NCBI GenBank assembly: GCA_009914755.4
Contig: CP068257.2
Span: 44,448,001-44,512,000 of the forward strand
DNA: 64,000 nucleotides
Reading direction: 5' to 3'
DNA from: the human T2T-CHM13v2.0 reference genome, Homo sapiens
Shown here: positions 15,650-28,254 of the stretch, piece by piece
Layout of the letters: every line of letters starts with the position of its first letter
How positions within the stretch are numbered: position 1 is the stretch's first letter
Made by a program: the position numbers and the translations under genes
Notes under the pieces: generated by a model
Databases searched by the model: none
What the model was told of the DNA's origin: nothing
The model's input: only the letters and a program-made list of their open reading frames with translations

Positions 15650-16690
15650 TAAAATGACAGGCCCAGCCACACAACACTGAAATAGAAAACAGGCAAACAA
15701 TAGAGACAATCAACACAACAAAAAGCTGACTCTGAAAAGATCAATAAATTTGATACAACTCTACCTATACTGATTTTTTAAAAGAGAGAAGTGACAAATT
15801 ATTAACATGAGAAATGAAATAGGAAACATCACTACAGATCTGACAGACATTAAAAGGACAATAAAGAAATATGATGACCAACTTTATGCCAATAAATTTA
15901 GACAACTTATATAAAATAAACAGATTCCTTGAAATATATAAATTATCTAAATTAACTCAAAAATATTCCTATAGTTATTAAGAAAATTGTGTGAGAGGTC
16001 TTCACTGGAGAATTATATCAAACATTTAAGAAAGAAGTAACACCAATTCTGAATAAACTCTTTCAGAATATAGAAGGGAAGGTAACATTTCAAAATTTAT
16101 TTGATGAGACCAAAATCATCCTGATACCCAAACCAGAAAAGAAAAACACAGACCAACATCTCAAATGAACATAAACACAAAATTCCTTAACAAAGCATTA
16201 GCAAATTGAACCTGCCAATTTATATAAAGGATACTATACCATAGCTAACTGTGCTTATGCAATTTTGGCTTAAGATTTTTTAAATCAAACAATATAATTT
16301 ACTATAATAGCAGAATAGAGGTGATGAACAATTTGATCACCTCAATAAATGCAGAAAGTATATTTGACAAAATGCAATGCCTGTTTGTGAAAGTACTCTA
16401 AGAAAACTAGAAATTGAAGTTAACTTTCTCTAAAATAAAAACTAAAAAAAAAAGAAGTTAACTTTCTCAACATAATAAAGAGCATCATCACCAACAACCA
16501 CCAAAGCTACCCTATAGTTAATACCATATTTCTGTGAAAGACAGTGGACTTTCTCTCTAAATTCAGGACTATGTTAAGGACATCCATTCTCACCACTGCT
16601 ATTTGACATTGTACTGGAGGTTTAACTAGCGGATAAAGGCAAGAAAAAGAAATAAAGGTATACATATTGGAAAGAAGAGGTGTATTGGTC
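15650..16690 (+). mobile_element. Old L1 (L1M-like) ORF2 5' region fragment
   Basis: …acatcactacagatctgacagacattaaaaggacaataaagaaatatgatgaccaactttatgccaataaatttagacaacttatataaaataaacagattccttgaaa… typical L1 ORF2 N-terminal region. Confidence 0.65.
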
Positions 16691-17070
16691 TGTTCTCATG
16701 CTGCTGTAGAGAACTGCCCAAGACTGGGTAACTTATAAAGGAAAGAGGCTTAATTGACTCATAGTTTAACATGGCTGGGGAGGCCTCAGGAAACTTACAA
16801 TCATGGCAGAAGGGGAAGCCAACATGTCCTTCTTCACATGGTGGCAGGGAGAGAGAAGTGCAGAGTGAAAGGGGGAAAAGCCCCTTATAAAACCATCATA
16901 TCTTGTGAGAACTCACCCACTATCATGAGAACAGCATGGGGGCACCACCCCCATGATCTAATCACCCCCCCACAAGATCCCTCCCCCAACATGTGGGGAT
17001 TACAATTCGGATTACAATTCAAGACTAAATTTGGGTGGGGACACAGAGCCAGACTACATCATGAGGTAAT
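16690..17070 (+). repeat. MaLR LTR (THE1/MST-like)
   Basis: ttggtctgttctcatgctgctgtagagaactgcccaagactgggtaacttataaaggaaagaggcttaattgactcatagtttaacatggctggggaggcctcaggaaacttacaatcatggcagaaggggaagc…caattcaagactaaatttgggtggggacacagagccagactacatca. Confidence 0.75.
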
Positions 17071-18900
17071 ATTGTCTGTATTCACAGAGGATATTATTTT
17101 GTGCTTAGAAAATTCTACAGAATTTATTTAAAAAGCTGCAAGAACCGAACCGATAAGTGAATTTGACAAGGCACAGGATCAATGAACAAAAATTAATTAT
17201 AAGGCCAGGACTTCTGGAATGGTGGAGTGAGAACCTCCATAAATCCAGTTTTCCTTAAAAGCAAAGAAATTACTAGAAAAAGTATCAAAATATTCTTTTT
17301 CAGAGCTCTACAGATTAACCAAAGTATTGCAACAACCTGAAAAGCATTTATTCCAGAAAAAAATACTGTACCTTGGTAAGAATTAACTACTGACACATAG
17401 CCTATCATAAATGAACCTCAAAAACATTATGCTAAATGAAAGAAGCCAGACACAAGAGACCACATACTGTATGATTCCATATGATTCCATTTACATGAAA
17501 CATCCAGAAAAGGCAAATCTATAGAGAGAAAGCAGATTAGTGGTTTCCTGGGGTGGAGGGTATGAAAGGGTATTAACGATAAATGAGCATAAGAAGTCTT
17601 ATTGGGGTGATGAAAACTTTCTAAAGCTGATTTATGATTATGATTATACCATTTGGTAAATTTGCCAAAAATTATTGAATTGCATACTCATACTTGAATA
17701 GGGGGAATTTTATGTTATGTAAAATATACCTGAATAAACCTATTTTGGAAAGAAAAACAAACTAAGCATACTATTTGCCAGTTTCTCAGTGCTAGGGAGA
17801 AAACACCTAGAATTTAGGGCCCTCGAAGGAACAGAACCCTCAGCAAATACCTTAGACTCTCAGCTGGTCCCTTGGAAAGTTAGGCTCTAGGATTAGGGGA
17901 AAACTGGTGATATATCAGTATTCACAAAGACATAAACTTAGATTTGAACTACATCCAACTGTGATTGGAAAAAGGTGACCTGTCCCTACACCAACTGTCC
18001 ACCAAAATAACACTAAATCCTATAAAAAGTAAGATAACATTAAACAGAGCTTCTACAATATTTCATACACAATGTCCAGCACTTAATCAAAAATAACCCA
18101 GCAAGAAAAGAGACAGGACCGTATGCCTGTATGGGGGAAAAAACAAACAAGAGAAACAGATCCATGGGTGGCCTTGATTTGGGAGTTATCAGACATGAAC
18201 TTTAAAATAAGTATGATTCATGAGACATTAGAAGATGAGATAGTTGCGTTAAAAAAAGTAATTGACACTGAAGATAAAACAGAAATTCTAAAAGTAAAAA
18301 ATGCAATAATTAATGTTAAAAGCTCAATGGATAGGATTAATAGCAGATTAGACATAACAGAAAAGAGAATAAGTTAATTTGAAAATAGGTCAAAAGGAAA
18401 TGGGCAGACTGAAGGACAAAGACAGATAATATAGAAAAGCATATAAGAGATGCATGGAAGATGATGAAAGGCTCTAACCTGTGAAATTTAAGGCCCAGGA
18501 GGAAAATAAAGACAGAAAGGGGCAGAGGCAATATCTGAAGAGATCATAACCAAGAACTTTTCTAAAACTGATAAAAAATATCTTACCACAGATTCAAAAA
18601 AGAAAATCTACACATAAAGGACATCGTTCCTAGGTACATCATAAAACTGCTGTAAACCAAAGACGATAAGAAAACCTTGAAAGAATCCAGAGGAAAAAAG
18701 CACATTTTATTTAAAGAAACAACAGAAAGATAGATTTTTTTCCACAAATCTGAAAGCCAGAAGATAATGGAATGTCATCTTCAGAGTATCAAAAGAAAAT
18801 AACTGCTAAGTTGGAATTCTTACCTAGGGAAATATCTTTCAAAACTGAAGGTTAAATAAAAGGCTGTTGAAACAAATGAAAACTAAGGAAATGTGTTGCT
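17070..18900 (+). mobile_element. Old L1 fragments (ORF2 tail / 3' end to ~17760, then a 5'UTR-ORF1 region 17770-18900)
   Basis: ORF 18123-18377 translates to L1 ORF1p-like coiled-coil (…EDKTEILKVKNAIINVKSSMDRINSRLDITEKRIS); …tatacctgaataaacctattttggaaag… L1M 3' end. Confidence 0.55.
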
Positions 18901-19794
18901 AACAGACCCACACTAGGCAGTCTCTAAAATAGCCTGCAGCAATCCTGCCTCCTGGTATTCCTGACCTTGTATAATCCCCTCCACCTGAGCACAGGCTGGA
19001 CCTAGTGACTGACTGCTAACAAACAGATTACGGCAAAAGTGATGAGATGTAATTCGAAGACTAGCCTACAAAAAGTTGTTTACTTCTGTCTTGCTGGGCC
19101 ACCGTCTCATTCTCCTCTCTTGCCAGCTTTCTCTCTCACAGCTCCCACTCTAGGGCAATCAAGTTTCTGTATTGCACATAGGGAGCTGTGGTGAGAAGCT
19201 GGTGTCTCCAGCCAGCAGGGGCTGAGGACGGCCACAGTTGCGTGAGTGAGCATGGAAGTTATTCTCCCCCACTCCAGCCTTGCAGCAAGGGCTGGCAGGA
19301 GGCCTTTTACCCTGTATCCTTTTGTGCCTTTTGACTTTTGCACAGTGGCCATGCATTATCTTCCCCAAAATAAACAATAATGTCATAACTATTTAATGCC
19401 AATCACTAGTAAAAGGTAAAAATTAATAACAAAAAGGCAAAGAAAAGTAACTGTAAACATGCACCTAACAAAGAGGGCACTCTGCAGGTGAGCACATCCT
19501 TCTCCCATATCAGACGGAGGCCCTGCCTCCAAGATAGAAGATGGCAGTCACCCGGGACTTTCACCCTTTCTCCCTCAAGAGAGTTTGTCAGTGTTGGTGA
19601 GGAGTACATCCAGAGATTTACAACACCCTTATCCACCCATCACGAATATGTATGTCTTCAGCTACATGGCATGGCCTTTAAGATCAGAGGCTACATCTTT
19701 CTATGTTCCAATCTCCTGAAATGGTCAGTGCTTGCCTTTAGGAGAGGATGGTGGGGATAGACAAAGGTTATGGGAATGGGAATGGGAAAAGGTG

Positions 19795-19850
19795 ATAGTG
19801 TTGTTGTTGGTGGTGGTGGTGGTGGTGGTAGTAGACTGAAAAGAGTCACA
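19795..19850. repeat. (GTT/GGT)n microsatellite
   Basis: gttgttgttggtggtggtggtggtggtagtag. Confidence 0.8.
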
Positions 19851-20289
19851 AAATCTTTGCAGCTCTTCACATTGGGTGCTGGAGCCTACTTCTCCATTGC
19901 CTGAATCCTGGTTGGCCTTGTCACTTGCTTTGACCAATAAAATGTGGCAAAGTAATGTATTGTGACTTCTGGGCCCAGATATCAAGAATCTTTGCAGCTT
20001 CTGCTCTCATTCTCTTGGAATACTGACGCCATGTAAACAAGTCTGAGTTAGACTTCTAGAGAGGACACATGGAGGAGAACCAAGGCACCCTGGCCAAAAC
20101 CCTACAAGACCTATAAGTAATGCCATCTTAGATCATTCAGCTTCCTCCAAGCCTTCAGCTGATGGGCACCACATAATGAGTTCAGATGCAACCATCAGAA
20201 GAGCTGCCCAGCAGAGCCCAGTCCAAAGTGTCAACCCACAAAAAAACAGCAAATTAAATGGGTGATTTTTTAAGCCATTAAGTGTTAGA

Positions 20290-21600
20290 ATGGTTTGCTA
20301 TGGAGAAATGGATAACTGATTCAGATTGTGATATGGATGGTGGTGACAGTAAGGGTGAGGGTAATGGTGATAGCAGTAGTAGTAGTGACAGTAGTGGGGA
20401 GGTATTGGTGATGGTGATGATGATGGCAATGGTGATAATGGTGATGGGGTGATGGTGTGGTGGTGGTGATGGTGGTGGTTGTGGTGGTGGTGGTGGTGGT
20501 GGTGATGGTGGTGATGGTGGTGGTGATGGTGGTGATGGTGGTGGTGATGGTGGTGATGGTGGTGGTGATGGTGGTGGTGATGGTGGTGGTAGTAGTGGTG
20601 GTGGTGGTGATGGTGGTGGTGATGTGGCCATGGTGATGGTGTTGGTGGCGGTGGTGATGGTGGTGATGGTGATGATGATGATGGTGATGATGGTGGTGGT
20701 GATGGTGAAGGTGGTGATGGTGGTGGTAGTAGTGGTCATGGTGGTGATGGTGATGATGGTGGTAGTAGTGGTGATGGTGGTGATGATGGTGATGATAGTG
20801 GTGATGATGGTGATGTTAATGGTGATGGTGGTGATGGTGATGGTGGTGATGGTGGTGGTTGTGGTGGTGATGATGGTGGTGATGATGGTGGTGGTGATGA
20901 TGGTGATGATAATGGTGATGGTGGTAACAGTGGTGGTGCTGATGGTGATGATAATGGTGATGGTGGTGATGGTGGTGATGGTGATGATGGTGGTGGTGGT
21001 GATGGTGGTGATGGTGGTGGTGGTGATGGTGGTGGTTGTGGTGGTGATGATGGTGATGGTGGTGATGGTGGTTGTGGTGGTGATGATGGTGGTGATGATA
21101 ATGGTGATGGTGGTGATGGTGATGGTGGTGGTGGTGATGGTGGTGATGGTGGTGGTGGTGATGGTGGTGATGATGGTGGTGGTGGTGATCGTGGTGGTAG
21201 TAGTGGTGGTGGTGATGGTGGTGATGGTGGTGGTGGTGATGTGGCCGTGGTGATGGTGTTGGTGGCGGTGGTGATGGTGGTGATGGTGATGATGGTGGTG
21301 ATGATGGTGAAGGTGGTGATGGTGGTGGTAGTAGTGGTGATGGTGGCGATGGTGATGATGGTGGTGATGATGGTGAAGGTGGTGATGGTGGTGGTAGTAG
21401 TGGTGATGGTGGTGATGGTAATGATGGTGGTGGTGGTAATGGTGGTGGTGATGGTGATGGTGATGATAATGGTGATGATAATGGTGATGGTGGTGGTGGT
21501 GATGATAATGGTGATGGTGGTGGTGGCGGTGATGGTGGTGGTGGTGGTGATGGCAATGATGGTGATGGTGGTGGTGGTGGAGATAACCATGGGATTACTG
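20290..21600. repeat. ~1.3-kb (GGTGAT/GGTGGT)n hexamer-based satellite-like array with ~617-bp higher-order periodicity
   Basis: Continuous ggtgatggtggtggtgatgg…; near-identical blocks start at 20624 (gtggccatggtgatggtgttggtggcggtggtgatgg) and 21241 (gtggccgtggtgatggtgttggtggcggtggtgatgg). Confidence 0.9.
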
Positions 21601-24600
21601 GTGGCAGTGTCAACTCTGGACTCCCTAAGTCATCAGAGAAAAACTGAATTTTCCTTCATGTGGATTTTGTGTGTTTTGTTGTGTTCCAGTTCTTTGAAAC
21701 TATGCATTACCTTTGGAGTTACATGTACCTATTTCCAATTAAATCTCTGGGCCCTCTTCTCAGGAAAATAGAGTTTTTTTCAGACTTTGGGGACTTGTGG
21801 CACTACACTCTGGGTTGGACCTGCGGTGAGAAGCCCTGTGCTATGCTTACCTGACATTCTCATGTCACAAACAGGTCGTGCCGGCTGCTGAAGTATTTGT
21901 CAGTGTGGCTGTCCTGCGCCAGCAGGGAACTGAGTTGTGTGACATTCACGTGGCCCCTTCAGTTAGCACCGCACGGTTGGTTAAGAGGAGGGTTTTATTC
22001 AGGCATAAATATTTTGAAATATTTGTAATCAAATCCCACGTAGTATAGACAACCTCCCAGATGGTGGAGGGGAAACACACCACCCCCCTGACTGGGAGAG
22101 AAAAGACCGCGGTTTTCTTTCCTGCCACTTGTCCTCCTCCGGGAGCCTCGGTCTCCTCTCTGTGGGACAGGGCAGCCTCCCCTGGCTCCTCCTGGTGCAG
22201 GATCGATGAGGCTCTTGCCCACAGCCTTTGTCCCCCGACTTCCTACCACCTGGTGTCCTCACCCCATCTGGGCCCCGAGCACACAGCCTCTGGTCCTGGT
22301 TTCCACTGAAAATGTAAACTATGGTCCACGCCACATTCTCCAGTACTCCTGTGCTATTGTGAAAGTAAAAGACAAAAATACACGTGCTTGGCAGCCCGAG
22401 AGCCTGGGTGAGATTATTGAGAATAATGCGGTGGCTCTGGCTTAAAAAATAAAAGCCGGAGGATCTACCACCAGCTCTGAACACACACCCGTGACAAAAA
22501 CTGACTCATGTGCAATTGCCCATTAGTGGCAGGTCTTGCCATTTTTCGTTTTTTTCTGAGTCGAGATCAGCTGCGGCTGGGGAGAACATTAGTTCTGTCT
22601 GTCGGCTCCATGAGTAAGCAGAGGAAAGTCTGACTACAGAGGCATCTTCTCAAATGTCCATGAAAGGCTGCAAGCCCGAGAGTAACGCCCCTGCTGCCCT
22701 GAGTGGTCCACGTGGTGTCCAGAGTGTGAGAAAGCCACAGAGAGCTTTTCCACACGGAGCCACTTAAGGCCTGCCTCAGCCTGAGAACACTTGGGCAGAA
22801 AAGGACAGCACGGCTTCCTCCTCCTCCAGGCCGGGCCTACAAGCACCCACAGTTCCGACAGAGAAAGTCTCTTCTTAATGGTACACATGTGTCTTACTGT
22901 AGCTCCCAGTTAGTCCCCTAAGCGTGAACCACCACCCACCCATGCTGCTCCCCTCCCACCATCTCTCCATAAACAGGACCCAACGCAGCCAAAAACTCAT
23001 GGTCATGTGACCTTGGCATCAGCTTGCTCGTTAGGAACCGTGCCTGGAGGTGCTCTGAGCACTGACTGCCAACCTCAGCAGGGCCCTTTGTGGTGTTGAG
23101 GTGTGGTGTCCGCAGGGCAGCCTGCAGCCTGCTGGGGTCCAGCCTGGGGCCTCAGGTCCTGGGAACCCTGGTTGAGGCTGGGCTGCCTCAGTGCCCCTCC
23201 GCAGCCTGCTGCACCCAAGCACTCTGAGAAAAGGAGCAATCACCCAACTTCAGTCTGAAAATGAGAATGTTGAGAAGGGCATGATGAGGGGAAGCAGACC
23301 AGAGCCCACCGGCAAGGGTAGAACGTCAGCCCCGCCCTAGTGGGACAGACAAGAGAGAAGCCTCCTCACACCAGGAGGCAGTATAGCGGGAGCCTTCCCT
23401 CCAGGGCTCTCAGGAGAGCCTGTGCTGGTTCATGAAAAAGTGAGGCCTCTGGGCTTTGCTGCTGCAGAGTGAGGTCAGAGCCCACAGGCCCCACAGATCA
23501 TCCTGCCTGACAAGCACAGGAGGCACCACTGCTTGAATTCAGAGGGCAGCTCCGAGGGTCCTAGGTCCCCTGTGAATCTCCACAGAATCCTGGGACCTCA
23601 GAGCCTGCATCAGTTGGTCCCCCATGCAGGGACTTAGTGACTCCGCAGCCCCAGTCAGGGCCTGCTCTGTGCCAGGCATTGCTCTGCAGACCCAAAGGGA
23701 CTCCAGGCCAGTCCTCATCCTCAGGGCCCACAGTGTAACACAGAGGCCGTGCCGCAGGCTCTGCTCCTCTGCCAGCAAGCTGTGCAGTCTTGGGCAGGTT
23801 ACTTCAGTGCTCTGGTCTCAGCTTCCTCTGCAAGTGGTGGCAGGGCTGTGCTGGAGGCACGAGAGGGGTGTGGGAGCTGCAGGCTCTGGCAGGTGGCACG
23901 CTGGGGTTCTTGGAGAGGGGTGTGTGGCTGCCAGGGGACTACTGCTGTCATTGCCATCTGCAGAGACAAACAGAAACCCAACACGGCAGCCATCACTGGG
24001 GCCCCTTCATGGGAGGGATAGGGTGGAAATTGCAGGTCCCAGCAAGGCCTCAAAGCAAGTGCCCAGCCTCCCCTGATCAGTCCAACCTGAAGCCAGGTCC
24101 TGGTGTGCACAGAGATGCACGGCTGGGCTGCCCCACCTGCTTGGGCCACAGGAAGCATTTCTCTAAAGGTGAGCAGCTTCCTCTGCAGGTGACACGGCCT
24201 CCACCCAAACCCAGAGGCTCTGGCTCTCCCACTGCGGCTTGCCGCGGCCCCACACTTGCCTGCTCCCACACTGACACCTCCAACACCACAGGGGCTGCTG
24301 GGTCACGTGGCCCAGATGGCAGGGCTGCTCAGACAGTCATTTTCTGCTCCTGGCCGCCTCGAAGCTGGCAGCCTCCATGTCAGCCGAGCCGTGGGTCAGA
24401 GCAGTGCCCCCAGGAATTAAATATGTTGCCTTCAGAACCCAAAAAGGCCTGTCAGGCCCTGTGCTTCCTCCTTTGAAGTAGGGGATGCAAGATGTAGCAA
24501 TTTCTCTTTTACTTTAGAGGATGTCCTGGTATGAACCTGATCACTGGTGCCCTAAAAACTTCCATGAAGTTAGGTCCCTGAATCCTCGGAGTTCACCTCC

Positions 24601-26999
24601 CACCCACAGATGCAAATGTGTCTCATAAGGCCTCTAGCTCATGACCCTCCTGTTCCTCCTCCTGCCCATTATGTCGTCACTGTAATGGATCAGTGTGGTG
24701 TCCGGTGCACTGCTCAGGTGCCCAGATCTTTTCAGGCAATATTAGGACAGAGGACAGAGTTAGCGTGGCCCTGCACTAAACTGGGAATGAGTATTGTTGT
24801 TCCTCCCATGTAAATGCAAACTGTTTCCGATCCTCTTTTCTAATTGGAATAGAAAAGAATGCAATGGCCAATCACTGGCCTCATTAATCTGCTACGATGA
24901 TACGTCTGACACAGCAGATGCAACTGGAGCTACTACCGGGTTCAGGCTAAGTGGTCTGGCGTCACTTTCTAGGATCCATCAGTCTTTGCAATGACCAGGC
25001 CAGAGAATTAGACACGACAGTCCACCACCCTCGCCTCCGTGAGGCCTTTAACGGTGGTGCCATCCTCCCAGGATGCAACGTGGTTTGTGATTTACTCTCT
25101 TGGCCATGGAAAGGGGACTTCCCCACTATGATGTCTGTCACCACACAGGCCTGGGATCCAATATATGGCTACTCCAGCCACCAAGTACATAAATTATAAT
25201 TACATACTCAGGGGGCAGGGAAGCGGCCACTGGATGGTCTTCTGGCCCAGGGGTCTCACTGTGCCCAACACTTTAGCCAGGATTCCTTTTTATTACCTGG
25301 CCCCGTCAGCCCCTTCTCTAACAGGGAGGCCACAGCGACACTTTTGGCCTCCAGTATCAAGGTCCACTCACATCCCGCGTCCATTTGTCCTCAAAATCTC
25401 TGGATTTTCCCAGCGTGCAGCCAGCTGAGTGAGTGACAGCGGGATTCTACAGAACATCCTTGTCAAGGTATTGCCTGGTCCTTCCTTCTGGTGACCTGGC
25501 CACCTCTGCAATCAATGGTTCCAGACAGGAAATTAGCTCAAGTCCAGGAATGGAGTAGGGAACCACGATATTTTACTGGAGTCCCCGCCCTCGGCCTCTT
25601 TCTTCCTTCCTCTGCCGTCCGCCAGGGCGGCTTGGCTCAACATGACCCATCGCTTTCTCCAGGCTTCTGGGAGCCATCCCAGAATCATCTTTGACCCACG
25701 ACCTGCAGAACTTGCCAGGTAACTAATCCTATGTGCCAAGCAAGTGCCTCCGCCTCAATAGTTCTTCTGTCCCCCTGGATAAAGCACCCTGGAAATCTAA
25801 TACCGGGGGTGTTCCCTGGCTCCTGCAGGCACATGCTGGCTGCCTCGTGCAGTTCCTGGACATGCAACCTCTCTACTCCCTGGTCAGGCCTAGCAGGTCC
25901 CCATCCAGGTTACCCTGGACTTTCTCCCTAGTCACTGCTGGCAGCCAAGAGACAAGGTGGAGCAGCCCCCAGTGAGGGCACCTGCTGCTCTGGTAGGGGA
26001 GGCCCCTGGAGCATCTTCCAGCACAGAGGAAGTGCTGGCTTCCAAGGGCAGGAGGGGCCCCTCTGCAAGCTCTGAGGGGACAGGGGTCTGCAGGGCCATG
26101 CCCTCAGGGCTTCCACCTGGATGTCTCAGCCCATGTTTCAGGGTCCCAGATTTTCCCAACCGGGGTCCAGACCTTCACATAGGCCAGCCGTGGCCAGGCA
26201 TCAAAACATGCCTAGAGCTAGGTGGTCCCCACAGTCACTGTCGGCTCCTCAGCCATACTGGTTCTACCTCTGCCAAACATGGGACTCCTTTTCAGCAACC
26301 AGAGAGGCCCTTTGTTCTCACACCAAGCCTGATGGGCAACCGTGGGTAACGTCGCAATCTCCATTCATCCCTCTGTGGAGCATCAACCCCACTCCCCCCA
26401 TGCACTGAAAGGGGGAAACTGCCACACCCACAAGGCCTCCCCTTCCACCAGGAAAACGTCCCAGATCACTCTTGGTGAAAACATTTAACAATTGGGGCCC
26501 TAACTTTGTGCCAAAGATTACCCATATCCCCACATCAACCAGAATGGTGTCCTCGGTGTTGGCCGGGAAACGGCCACCGCACCAGCTGAGTCTCAGGCCC
26601 CTCCTGCACCACTTGTGTTAATTGGGGTCTTCCAAGAGGCAGGTGCCATGGAAGCTCTGACGTGACTGGAGATTTATCAGTGCAATGTCTGTGAAGGATG
26701 CTGGGGAGGTGGCCAAAGAGGACGGAAGCCTCAGACCACAGGTGAGACCCCTGTGAAGGAGATACGGGGAGCCTTGGCCAGCACGTGCCCCTAGACAGTG
26801 CTGGCCAGGCCGAGGGAGAACTTCTGGAGCCAAGGTAACCCCTAAAGGATTCTGGTCTTGTGAGGAGGGGCCTGGCTTCCCCCTGGGAGCTGCTGGCTTG
26901 GAAGCAGGAGGCATTGCCCAGGTGAGAGTTCGGCATGGACCCAGGGGAGTGGCACACGGTGCCCGCCGTCAGCTGTGCTCAGGAGCAGCAGGCAGGAGC

Positions 27000-27290
27000 C
27001 CTGGACTCATGGCTACCATGTGGCTGCCACACTCAGGCACACTTAGGCACATACACTCACACTCAGGCACACTTAGACACACACTCACACTCAACCTCAG
27101 ACGCAGACACACACCACACACTCACAGATGCACACACAGTCTCAGACACAGACACACACCACACACAGATACACACACCACAGACTCAAACTCAGTCTCA
27201 GACACAGACACACACCACACACTCAGATGCACACACCACACACACTCAGTCTCAGACACACACACACACCACATTTGCAAACCTGCTCAT
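27000..27290. repeat. Imperfect (CACACTCAGACACAGA)n / CA-rich simple repeat
   Basis: cacactcaggcacacttaggcacatacactcacactcaggcacacttagacacacactcacactcaacctcagacgcagacacacaccacacactcacagatgcacacacag…. Confidence 0.8.
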
Positions 27291-28140
27291 CAGAAGAGGG
27301 ACCTCGCCCCCAGCCGCTCCGCCCCCTTCCAGGACAGCTCTGAAGGGAGCCCTGTCCCGGAGCCCAGGGACCTCTCCCCAACCCGGCTGCGCCTCACCTC
27401 AAGGAGGAACCCCGGCCCTGGCTGGGGGACTGTGACCAGGGTGGGGAGTGGGGACCCCAGACAGAGCCCTACCAGGGACCCCTGTCACTCTGTCCCCGGC
27501 TGGGCTCAGGTGGGGACCTCACGGTGGTCCCAGGGCCCAGCACCAAGCCCACCTGTGGTTTCCAGCGGGAAAGGGGTGGCAGGGGTGGCTCGCCGCATGC
27601 CCAGGCTCTGCCCCAACCTCCGCGCCCAGGCTCTGCTGTCCCTGCCCTCCCGGCTCCCCACCCTCAGGCCCCAGGAGCAGCAGTTTCTGCAGGAGCTCCT
27701 GACCCGGGGCCTCTCGCGGGAGGCCTGAGCAAGCGGGACACAGGACACGGGGTAGGGGAGGGGTGGGGCGGCTGATGGGGGGAACCCTGCACCCCCCAGG
27801 GCAGCTGCTACCAAGGGGCGAGTCCCAGGGCCCCCGTCGGCCCTGCGTGCGGGGCGCGGTCCCCAACACCCAGGGCCCCGGAGGCGGACACAGCCCCAGC
27901 CAGGTCGTCCGGGAAATGGGGCGGGGGCGACGGGCGGCGGGGCCCGGGACGCGAAGTCCGAGCAGCAGCGGGCAGGGGCTGGCGGGGGAGCTCGGCCCGG
28001 GCTGCAGGGGGGTCCCCACCCTCTCCACCTCCTCCTGCCTCCCGCCCTCGAGGGTCCCCGCTTCCCTCCCATCCCCCTCCCGTGCCCCCGGCCCCCTCCT
28101 CCCATCCGCGGGGCCGCAGCGCTTCCTGGCGGCGGGGCGG

Positions 28141-28180
28141 GTCAGGCCGGCGGGGCGGGGTATAAAGGGGGCGGCGCCGG
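28141..28180 (+). promoter_or_regulatory. COL6A2: Core promoter: GC box - TATA box (tataaag at 28161-28167) - GC box
   Basis: gtcaggccggcggggcggggTATAAAgggggcggcgccgg about 35 bp upstream of the sequence I recall as the mRNA 5' end (gcttactcggcgcccgcgcc). Confidence 0.7.
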
Positions 28181-28199
28181 CCGCGGTTCCCTCCCTGCT

Positions 28200-28254
28200 G
28201 CTTACTCGGCGCCCGCGCCTCGGGCCGTCGGGAGCGGAGCCTCCTCGGGACCAG
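28200..28254 (+). other. COL6A2: COL6A2 exon 1 (non-coding 5'UTR exon); 5' end approximate, 3' end at GT donor (accag|gtgagc)
   Basis: gcttactcggcgcccgcgcctcgggccgtcgggagcggagcctcctcgggaccag|gt; joins exon 2 (gacttcagggccacaggtgctgccaagATG) to give the 5'UTR I recall for COL6A2 mRNA. Confidence 0.75.

Noticed and set aside
14179-15709. Three long minus-strand ORFs (433, 426, 459 aa) with repetitive Cys/Ser/Gly/Pro-rich translation
   Set aside because: All three reading frames are open over the same interval because of the 60-bp tandem repeat. No start context, and the translation is low-complexity and merely periodic.
20278-21771. His-rich, Pro/Ser-rich and Met/Val-rich ORFs (153-284 aa) on both strands
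   Set aside because: Direct consequence of the (GGTGAT/GGTGGT)n array. All frames are open and the translations are homopolymer-like.
21600-27000. Scattered 60-230-aa ORFs in unique intergenic sequence
   Set aside because: No splice-site-bounded conserved-looking translations, no codon-like periodicity recognisable by eye. Cannot support a gene call without alignment data.
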